In this document: positions 54,600-64,000 of the stretch, piece by piece
Position numbering within the stretch: the stretch's first letter is position 1
Layout of the letters: each line of letters begins with the position of its first letter
NCBI GenBank assembly: GCA_946965045.2
Contig: OX337237.1
Coordinates: 3,038,001-3,102,000, forward strand
DNA length: 64,000 nucleotides
Source of the DNA: Epithemia pelagica
Lineage: Eukaryota; Protista; Bacillariophyta
Reading direction: 5' to 3'
Notes under the pieces: generated by a model
Told to the model about the DNA's origin: nothing
What the model saw: only the letters and a program-made list of their open reading frames with translations
Databases searched by the model: none
Program-made: the position numbers and the translations under genes

Positions 54600-57280
54600 A
54601 CGTAAAAAGTAAAGCGTTGTTCCTTTTTGATTGGCCATGTGTGACTCGTAGTATTTGTGGAACGCTCGTCCAAGGCCACAACCTATAGGAGTATATAATA
54701 GAGAGCCAAGAAATGGATGGCTTTGTTTGGTAGAATAATAGAGGATTAGGAACCTTGATCCCCACCGTTTCGTTCCATCGTTCGGATCGCGTCGAGCGCT
54801 CGAGTACAAGAGATCTTTATTCAATCCTTTTGGGTGCTCCGAAACAAGGGAAGCACATCCATTAAGATGACCTGTCACAGCAATGGCTACCCACGATCCA
54901 CTATAGCAGAGACAGAACAGAAACGACCGGGACAAGGACAACGACGACAAGAGCTGCCCATGATCGACCCTTTGTGTGTGTGGTGGTGCTCTATATATTA
55001 GTAAAGTGTCCCTTTATATTTCCTTCTATACTACAGTGCTTCGAGACTCTGCCTTTTTTGTGTAGAACTACCCAGAAGAATAGTTGGCAAAAAAGGACGG
55101 TGGCGGATCGTCATAAACATGAACCTCCACCCGTTTCAAAAACGCACGCGCATATCGAGCCTGTACACATCCCACGTCCATGCGAGCAATTTGGGGCACA
55201 TACGATGATGACACCACGGAATGACTGTGGTTGCTGTCTCCATGTTGTTGATGATGTTCTTGTTCTTGTTCTTGTTGTTGTTGACGACGACGACGAATTT
55301 CCTCTTGTCGGTCCGTGACGGCTCGTCGAAGGAGTACCATGACATGAGGAATGGATGGTTTCATGGTTTTAACGTCCCGCGCTTGGGTCCGCCTCACGAA
55401 CGACATGCAATGTTTGCCATAATCATCCAATAAGCGCAATTGAGGGGACATGTGCCGTTCCATCAATGGAAGCTGATGAAGGGGATTCCGTGGTTCGGTC
55501 CTAATGGGAAAATAGGCATAATACCGAACGTGGGCGGTTTGGGCCAAGTGCCAAAATCCCCACCAATAATAATGGGCCGGATACAATTCAATCACGGCAC
55601 TGATATTTGGCTTCAAGAACAGGAGATTGGACGCGGCGGCACCATGGACCAGAATGACAATGGACTGTCGAGACCACCAGGCAAATTGTTGCAACGGGGA
55701 GAGGCGTTCCATAATCCCTAGTTCTACAATAGCCTGTTGATACGCCTTGACAATGGCTTGTTCCAACAAGTCAATGTTGCCCAGTCGACGTTTCAACAAT
55801 CGATCCACCAATCCAATCCGGAGTGTAATATTCGTCGTGTCACTAAGGGTAATACCATGTACGCGAACAGTACTTTTGTTGTTGTGGTTGCTGCTGCTGT
55901 TGTTGCTGTTGCTGTTGTTGGGAGGACTGTCTTTGTTCTTGTCTTGCATCCCCAGACGAGTGGTGGTAGAGTTGAGTTGGTAGAGCAGCCTTTTTTTGCC
56001 ACCGTGTGGTTGTTGGTTCGTGTGGCATCCTGGTTACTGGTGAAAGACGACAAGGACCATGGCACAACTTGATTTCGAGATGCCATGTCCGAGTAATCAA
56101 AGGCTCCGTAGGAATGGGTGCACTGCATGAGATCCACTACCAACGACGCTCGCCAATCTTGGTCGATGGAGCCAAAGCCAGCCACTTGATACAGATTGAC
56201 ATGACACTGAAACTCCAGTGGTGGAGGAGAAACAGCCGGGTTGTTGTTCTTGCTTTGAAGAATTTCTTGTTGCTTGGACAAGAAAAAACTCCAGCATTGA
56301 CTCAAGCATTGCAAGGCATGGGGAAAATGAAAGAAATTATACGTGGATGTCCTGTCCAAAACACCACAAGGTAACAATGGTGGGCGTTGTTGTTGCTTGC
56401 TGTGACAGTGGTGGTTCTGGTATTCGACGGGGAGGTTCTGGTTGTGACACTGCTCGTGTACTATAAGGTTCCTCCAGGGAACCACGAAGCGGCTTCGGGT
56501 TGTTGTTAGTGATGTTGCTAACATTGTTGTTTCCGATCGCAAACAATCCAGATGCCTCGGCTAGGAGGTGAACTTCGTCTAGACTGGTCCATGCCAGGGA
56601 AGAGGACGAGGTTGAGAGTTGAAACAGGTATTGACGTGACAGGAAAACGTTTCCTGCCAATGCCACCAAAAGTGTGCCACCCACGAGGCTCTTCCATATC
56701 AAGCCTCTTGTTGTTATTGTTGTTGTTGCATTTGTAGTATTCGGGGAGTGAGGATGAGACCGGCTCCTCCTCATGGTGTTGTCGTTGTTTGTTTTTTTCT
56801 GCGGTCGATCAACTGGGGGAGAGTTTGGGGGAGGCACACCCCTCTTGGTACATGTCGCTTTCTGGTTGGGAATCCGTGACCCATACTATAGCCATGCTAG
56901 CGGTAATGGTCCCGTTCTGATAGAGAATACTCCTAGGCAGATTCCGGAAGACGAATGCAAGGAAACGAGTCTCTGGTATTTTATAATCCATCATTCCATA
57001 CTCGTGTTTTTCGTATTCTTTGCTCAAGAGAGCATAGAGAGTATGCTTGGTGCATCGAGTGCCTGCTGGAAATGCATATACATTGTAAGTCCAGCTCGAA
57101 AAAGGCCCGGCTTTTGTTTGTTAGAAAGTCGGTCTTTCATCGCTGGTGTAGATAGAACTATGGAACTCGTTCCATCCGGCATCCCCATTTTGCTCCACGG
57201 CCAGCACAAAACAATCAGGGATCCTCCTTCTTTGTATTGTGTCATTTCCTTTTTCTGTAGACATTCTCTGACGACGACCT
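54600..57280 (-). repeat. Inverted duplicate of ~48670-51545 (gene plus both flanks)
   Basis: Reverse-complement matches: 55030-55085 with 51060-51110, 54600-54810 with 51320-51540, 57170-57280 with 48670-48790. Confidence 0.88.
55068..56774 (-). pseudogene. GT61/DUF563-like pseudogene (two frameshifts, internal deletion)
   Basis: ATG 56774 (MRRSRSHPH...); frame break at WCF|GQD (~56368); second break near 55990, where about 140 bp (PLPANNASH...LQKRLQQ) present in the 49227 copy is missing; three ORF pieces in different frames. Confidence 0.85.
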
Positions 57281-57697
57281 ACCGTGTCGCACGATTCACT
57301 ACTACGTTGTCATCGATGCTATATTTCATATTTTGTGGAACTCTTCTCCACTGCTGGAACACTCTATTATACTCCGGAGTAATACGTTGGATGAAAGAGG
57401 AATAGGCTATAGGAGTGCTCGTATAGGTAGTTTGGTAGTTCCATGCGAATATATAGTCGGGACTCTCCTGGTCCGAGAAACCATGGTGTGTGTGGGTCGG
57501 CGGTGGATGCGCGTTACGACCGAGACACGCCGGGCATGTCGAAAACCAAATGCAAAAGCAAATAACGAGGAACCCAATTCTATCATAGAGATCAATACAC
57601 TATTCTTATTCTCGTACGACGACGAGAGTTTCGCAGACTCGGCTCTTTGGGAATGGTGGTGCGGGTGTGTTGGTTCGGACGGTTCCTATAGTATATA

Positions 57698-60600
57698 TTA
57701 CGGTTTGTCTTGAAAGGAGTTGGTCTCCAACAGTGTTGTGGTGGCAACCACCTTGGCCATGGACGTTTTCCAATAATCCACGCCTTCTTGAATGGTAAAC
57801 GACTTGTCGTCCACCTGGAGCGTCATCACGGGAGATCCATTCAGTGCACTGGGTTCCAAGGTGGCCACGACTTTGAGGACCAAAGGATCCAAATCATTGC
57901 GGACGGCCAATGTGGGTCGCGTCAAGACCACCGTCACAGTGGTGGATCCCACGGGTACGGCCGATTCCGTTGCCCCAATCGGTACGGCATGGGCCGGTTG
58001 AAATCGTTGGGGCAGGGGCAGGGCCTTGAATTTGGCCTCGAGCATGGCCCGATTCAAGGCCACGGCCTGTTCGACTTGGGTACTCCCGACAGGTTCTTGG
58101 AAAAAGACTTCAACGACATCGGACAAGTCCAATCCGGCACTTTTGCGCAATTGTTGAATGACATTCATCAATTCTCGGGCCATGCCGGCCGTAACGGTGG
58201 CCTCGTCTTGCGTACAATCCACCGCCACGACCAAGGAGCCATCCACCTTGACGGCCGGTTCCCAATCGCCATCATCGCCATTGCTGGTCTTGGCAAAATC
58301 CAATTTGGATTCCACTTCGGTCGCACAATCCAACACAATGGACCCATTGTCTCCCACCACGAGTTGGCCCGCTTCCAAACACTGGACGGCCTCTTCGTGG
58401 GTCAAGGCATTGACTTGTTTCTTGACGGTTTGCATGTGTTTGCCCAACCGTTTGCCCAAGAGTTTGAATTTCGGGGTCAAGGACAATTTGATCCAATCGT
58501 GTTCTTGGTCCTTGGGGACAAGTTCAAACTCCCAGGCATTTAATTCGGACAAGATATAGGATTTGAGCGGTCCCATTAATCCCTCCACGACATATGGGGC
58601 CGGATTGCGCAAAATGGCCACCACCTTCTTGACGGGATACCGCAAGGAAATGTTGCGTTTTTCGCGGGCATAACGTCCCTGTTCCACAACACTTTGCAAG
58701 AGCTTCATGGCCTCGACGGCTTGGACATTTAACCGAGATTCATCGTAGGTGGGAAGACGTAGGTAATGGACCGAATCGCTCTTGCCGGCCTGAACCGGAT
58801 TGGAGGAACCATAGGTGGGATCGTCGGGAGTGGCCTGGTAGGAAGGTTGCAATTTGCGCAAGTGTTGATAAAAGAATTCCGAAATAAAGGGTGTAAAGGG
58901 TGCCATCATGATGGTGACATCCAACAAGACATTGTACAAGACTTGCAAGCCCGTTTCGGCTTGTCCCGGACCCTCGATGGTTGTTTCGTCGTCGTCTTCC
59001 AATCCCTTGAGACGATCGCGATTGAGTCGAACATACCAATTGGTCAATTGACCTCCAAAGCTCACCAAGGCGGGCATGACCGTATACAATCGATAGGCTT
59101 GCATTTCTTCGTGGACAAATTTAATGAGACCTTGCGTTTCGGCTTGAATCCAAATATCCGTGGCATTGGGCGATTGTCGCACCACGGCATCGTCGGGCAC
59201 CAGCGTCTTATTACTGGCCTGTTCCCATCGTTCGACATTTTGACAAAAGAATCGAAAGGCATTGTAAAGTGGCAAAAAGACTTCCTTGACGACACTCTTG
59301 ACGCCTTCTTCCCGGAATTGCAAGGATTCGGCCCGCACGACGGGCGAATTGACCAAATACAAGCGCAGGGCATCGGCTCCATACTCGTTAATGACGAGAT
59401 TGGGATCGGGATAATTCTTTTTGCTCTTGGACATTTTTTGGCCATCGGCCGCTAGTACCATGCCACTGGTAATATTGTTCTTAAAGGCTGGTTTGCCAAA
59501 GAGAGCTGTGGACAAGACCATGAGGGTATAAAACCATCCACGCGTTTGATCAATGCCTTCGGCAATAAAATCGGCCGGAAATCCCTTTTCCCACGTTTCG
59601 GCATCGTCAAAGGGATAATGCGATTGAGCGTAGGGCATGCTACCGGATTCAAACCAACAATCAAAGACTTCTTCGACGCGTTTCAATTTGGGACCATTGG
59701 GATCTTTTTGGGACGGAATTTCAATGTGATCAATGGATTCCCGATGCAAATCCGTCACGGGTGGCAATCCCGACTTTTCGGCCAATTCGGCAATGCTCCC
59801 AATACAAACGACTTCACTGTAATCGTCATTGGCCCAAATGGGAATGGGCGTCCCCCAAAATCGATTGCGGGACACGGCCCAATCCCGGGCATCGGTCAAC
59901 CAATTGTGAAAGCGTCCCTGTTGGACTTCGGACGGAACCCAATAGGTTTTTTGATTGTTGGCGACAATGTCGTCGCGAATGTCTTCCACCTTGACAAACC
60001 AGGAGGGTACGGCCTTGTAAATGAGGGGTGTATCGGAGCGCCAACAAAAGGGATAGGAATGATCCAAAACATCCTTGTGCCACAGTTTGCCTTCTTGTTT
60101 CAAGTGCGCAATGAGCGTGTCATCGGCTTGCTTGACGTGCACGCCTTGGACCAAGGTGACGGGTTCGGTAAAGTTGCCATCGGCATCGACGGGACAGGGC
60201 ATGGTGGCTTGGACATTGGATTTTTCAATCACACCATTGGCCATGCAGACACGATAATCGTCTTCGCCAAAGGCCGGTGCTTGATGGACAATGCCCGTCC
60301 CGGCATCGTCCGTCACGTACGTGTCGGACCAAATGCGAAAATAATGGTCGTGGGCCCAGTCCGACGCGGCAAAATAGTCAAACAAGGGCTGGTACTGCCA
60401 TCCCACCAAATCTTGGCCCACCAAACCACTGCTGCCGTCTTTTGGTTCCACAATGGTATAATAGTCGGCCGCCTTGTCCGGCTTCCATTTTTTGCTCGCC
60501 ATGACGGGATACAATTGGACCAATCGCGATTGCGCGACATAGATGCGTTTGCCCGACGCCTTGTCTTCCACCAAAATGTAGGGCAAGGTGGGATGGACAC

Positions 60601-61451
60601 AGAGAGCGACATTGGAGGGCAGGGTCCACGGTGTGGTCGTCCACGCCGCGACATAATGATTGGGTTGATTGGTCAATTCAAACAAGACGACAATGGCGGG
60701 ATCCTTGACATTTTTGTAATTGAGTCCGGCTTCAAAATTGCTGAGGGGCGTTGTACAAGCGGTCGAATAGGGCATGACTTTGGATCCTTGATAGACGAGA
60801 TTTTTTTGAAACAATTGACAAAAGACCCACCAGACGGATTCCATAAAATTGGCATCCATGGTCTTGTACTCGTTGCGAAAATCAATCCATCGTCCCAATC
60901 GGGTAATGGTGGATTCCCATTCCGAGGTGTACCGCGTGACAATACTCCGACACGTGGCATTGTATTGATCAATGCCCATGGCCAAGACTTGATCGCGATG
61001 CGTAATGCCGAGTTTTTGATCAATTTCGTATTCGACCGGCAAGCCATGACAATCCCATCCGGCGCGACGTTCCACGTAGTGGCCTGTGAGAGCGGCGTAG
61101 CGGGTGACAATGTCTTTAATGGTCCCCGCCAAAATGTGGCCGTAATGCGGCAACCCCGTGGCAAAGGGAGGACCATCGTAAAAGGTAAAGCGCTATACAA
61201 GAGAATATAGTATAAAACAACAACAAACAGAAAGAAAGAGAGAAACATATACGTACACACACAAAATGAGACACCACAATGACCACAAACACAATCCACA
61301 ACAACAACAACAACGTTCTATTCGTTCGTACCTCATCGCCTCGTTCTTGACTCAATCGATTTTGGGTGGCAAAGGAATCTTCTCGTTTCCATTTTTCCAC
61401 CATGTCCACTTCCATGGATGGAAAATCCAAGGCGGGTGGCAACGACGACAT
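57698..61451 (-). CDS. IARS1: Cytosolic isoleucyl-tRNA synthetase, 2 exons (61451-61332, 61192-57698)
   Basis: 139-bp phase-0 intron GTACGA...GTATAG; FYDGPPFATGLPHYGH (HIGH), GWDCHGLP, WTTTPWTLP, GTGIVH, RNRFWG, EGIDQTRGWF, KMSKS. Confidence 0.96.
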
Positions 61452-62169
61452 TTTTTTGGTTGTTTTGGTTTAGTGGTGATTGTCGTTGGGATGGTGGTTG
61501 TGGTTAACAATACAAACGTGTGCACCACACACGCGCGTGTTTCGACTGTGTGTCGTGTGTAGGTGTGCTTTCCAGAGAAAGAAAGAGACGTGTGTGCCTG
61601 TCTAGTAGCTAGTAGTATAGTGTGTCAAAACAGAGAGACACGAGGCCAACGACACAACAATGAAGGCGATGAAGGATGATGGAGAGCGAGAGTGCCGACT
61701 TTTGTTGCTTCAGCATATAAAAAGATCCAAAAGACACCTGTACGAATGGTCGACATGGTTCCACGTGGCGACGACTTGAAAAGGGGGGTAGTGAAAGGGG
61801 ACGAACACGAACCCCTTTTCTATTTGTATGGGCCCCCAAACTTCATTTTTGTGAGTACCGAGTCCTGGCCCCGCGTGATGGGGGCAACCTCCAGCATTAG
61901 AAAGTTCTTTGTACACCCCTCCTCATAGTATGGGTTATGGTGTAGCACTCTTCAGTGTTATGTACTTGACACGGTGCGAACTCCACGGGGAAGAAAGGGA
62001 TTCTTTGTTGGGAAACTGCGGTTGGGGGGATTGCTTCCACGATGTGGTGTTCTCGTCAAACTAATACAACCACAACAAAGAGGGTTTGTTGTTGGGGCAT
62101 TGACAGATGCTTCACATTTTGTGGTTCGAATGAACAGGGAGAGCTAGAAACGAGGAGACGAACACCACC

Positions 62170-64000
62170 ATGCAAGCCACTACTCTGTTGGGTTCGAAAG
62201 CCGCACCATTCTGGCCGCAAGACCAACTCGAACAAGAACAAGAAGAAGAAGAAGACGAAGAAGGAGAGGACTCTGAGGACAATGACAGTGAGGAAGACGA
62301 CCAGTTGCAACAACAATTGGATCAACTTGTGGTCGAACCCTCGACCAATCATCCGTTTCGGCATCCCTTTCCGCCCCATGACGACGACGACTATGACAAC
62401 CCGGACGACGACAATGACGATATTCTCTTTTGGGATCAAGGCGGACCGATTGTCTGGGAAGCACCACGGGATCATTATGATCCAGGAATCATGGGCAATC
62501 CTCATGCTCCTGCTCCTCCGGCACCACAGGCGGACCCGTCTTGGTGGGTGATTCAACGCGCCTGGGCCGCCAGTTTGGAAACGGGACGATTGCGGCTGGA
62601 TCAAGTAGCCTTGCGTCGCACCAGTCTCGACTATTTGATCCATCAAATGGCGACGGTCCCCCCAACGGCCCGACCCCATCATTTGAGTCTCTGTCATGTC
62701 ACCTTGATCGACGACAATGACACGGATGACAATGACACGGAGTTGTGGTTGGCCCACTTGGTGCAAGACTTTCCCGACGCGTGGACCTCGATTCACTTGC
62801 AAGATTCCAGTTCCAATCCTCGTTGGAGTCACCACCAGAACATTCTGGAATCTCTCTTCAACGCCATGACGAGCTTGACCCAGTTGCAAACCTTGCACTT
62901 GCAAGGATTGGATTTGAGAAAACGTCCCGAACGACAACGACGACCCATAGGTTCCGCGTCGCAGTGTTTGTGGGACTTTACCGAACAGTGTCGTCGTCGT
63001 CAACAACAACAACAATTAGAGCCGTACACACCACAAACGCATTCCTGCGGCGACGGTCACCATCAATCGCACCGCCATTCCTATCACACCGTCACGAGTC
63101 CCGCCAGTCGGGCCAGTCGAGCCTTAAACCGCCTATTGGTACAACAACGACACGCCCTCGTTCGGTTGGAAGTGGACTCGTGTCCCCTGCACGATGCCGA
63201 TGTGGCCCGTGTGGCCCAGGGAGTATCGCATCTCCAGAAATTGCAACACGTGGCCGTCCACAATTGTGGCCTGGATCTCGATCGACTCGAATGTCTCGTG
63301 CAACACTTGCCCCGACAATCATTGTCGTCCTGGCACTCTCCTCACGACAATGAAGGGAATGACCCGGACTGTTCCATTCGTGATTCAGAGTCGGACCACG
63401 ACGACGACGATGAAACATCCGTCTCATCCTCGTCCCCTTCCTCCTCCTCCTCATCTTCTTCTTGTTGTGGTTCTTCTTGTGCTTCTGCTGGTCCTGCTAC
63501 GAGTGGTACTTTGAAACGGGTCACAATCTATGACAATCAACTCACGGGTCGTGTCTTGGGAACCTTGGCACGCTTGTTGCAGCAACAACCACAATTGGAA
63601 CAACTCCAGGTGGCCTTTTGGGGATCCGACCATAATCTTGGCAATCCTTTAGTATCGGAGGGCAACCGAACCGCCGGTACGACAGCCACTCATCGGGGAG
63701 TGCCCTCCTCCAATAATACGTATGCCAATCACCACCAGCATCATCATCCAGAGCAGTTGGACAATGAGGAATGGATCCACGCCTTGCAACAACATTCCTG
63801 TTTGCAACAAGTCCACGTCTTTTGTCGCAATACCGGTGCCGCCCAAGTCGTTCAATGGTTGCAAGCCTTTGATTTAAATTGTGGTGCCTGGCACGAGTTT
63901 CACTTTGGGGTCTTTTCCTGTACCAAACCACCACGGATTCGTAGTGGTACTAGTAGTTTCCCAAACAACCATGATGGTCGTCGTCGTCCCATGACGTTGG
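62170..64000 (+). CDS. Acidic N-terminus, leucine-rich-repeat (RNI-like) protein, open to window end
   Basis: Frame from ATG 62170 (MQATTLLGSK...) has no stop to 64000 on my translation; LxxLxxLxL units (LTQLQTLHLQGL, LVRLEVDSCPL, LQHVAVHNCGL, LKRVTIYDNQL). Confidence 0.65.
   Translation, partial: MQATTLLGSKAAPFWPQDQLEQEQEEEEDEEGEDSEDNDSEEDDQLQQQLDQLVVEPSTNHPFRHPFPPHDDDDYDNPDDDNDDILFWDQGGPIVWEAPRDHYDPGIMGNPHAPAPPAPQADPSWWVIQRAWAASLETGRLRLDQVALRRTSLDYLIHQMATVPPTARPHHLSLCHVTLIDDNDTDDNDTELWLAHLVQDFPDAWTSIHLQDSSSNPRWSHHQNILESLFNAMTSLTQLQTLHLQGLDLRKRPERQRRPIGSASQCLWDFTEQCRRRQQQQQLEPYTPQTHSCGDGHHQSHRHSYHTVTSPASRASRALNRLLVQQRHALVRLEVDSCPLHDADVARVAQGVSHLQKLQHVAVHNCGLDLDRLECLVQHLPRQSLSSWHSPHDNEGNDPDCSIRDSESDHDDDDETSVSSSSPSSSSSSSSCCGSSCASAGPATSGTLKRVTIYDNQLTGRVLGTLARLLQQQPQLEQLQVAFWGSDHNLGNPLVSEGNRTAGTTATHRGVPSSNNTYANHHQHHHPEQLDNEEWIHALQQHSCLQQVHVFCRNTGAAQVVQWLQAFDLNCGAWHEFHFGVFSCTKPPRIRSGTSSFPNNHDGRRRPMTL

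Noticed and set aside
56006-61210. Long antisense ORFs opposite IleRS, GT61, SDR and pol (e.g. 59546-61210, 46574-47656, 36451-37473)
   Set aside because: These are shadow frames of real genes with biased codon use; no recognisable motifs.
1-64000. tRNA, rRNA or telomeric repeats
   Set aside because: None recognised by eye; the 839-857 match is antisense to only part of a tRNA. A tRNAscan/Infernal run would be needed to exclude small ncRNAs.

Overview
Eukaryotic genomic DNA with spliceosomal GT-AG introns. A diatom is the most likely source, inferred from the CoDi-type copia motifs and the gene content. Left 27 kb: a Ty1/copia LTR retrotransposon (617-27158) with two identical 224-bp LTRs and a 6-bp TSD (GCAATA). 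It is split inside its integrase HHCC zinc finger by a 20,284-bp DNA transposon (3587-23870) bounded by 15-bp TIRs (CATCTAAGGA[G/A]GGAA) and a 2-bp TSD (AA). This nested element encodes a Plavaka/CACTA-like (CMC) transposase and a divergent spliced accessory ORF. It also carries three paralogous Cys-rich proteins of unknown family and a ~6.4-kb locus that reconstructs as RING-H2 + RING-HC + low-complexity linker + TET/JBP-family Fe(II) dioxygenase. That locus is preceded by 11 CpG-containing dyad sites (CGCT-N8-AGCG). The best candidate for an undescribed system is this giant transposon carrying its own 5mC-modifying enzyme and ubiquitin-ligase modules (a putative anti-silencing kit). This copy has several single in-frame stops and frameshifts. 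Right 37 kb: host region with a birth-and-death array of GT61/DUF563-like glycosyltransferases (8 copies in the window, including a partial one and two damaged ones, partly from an inverted duplication). It also holds an SDR, a purine phosphoribosyltransferase plus a scrambled fragment of it, a PhyH-like dioxygenase, a bioF fragment, cytosolic IleRS and a partial LRR gene.
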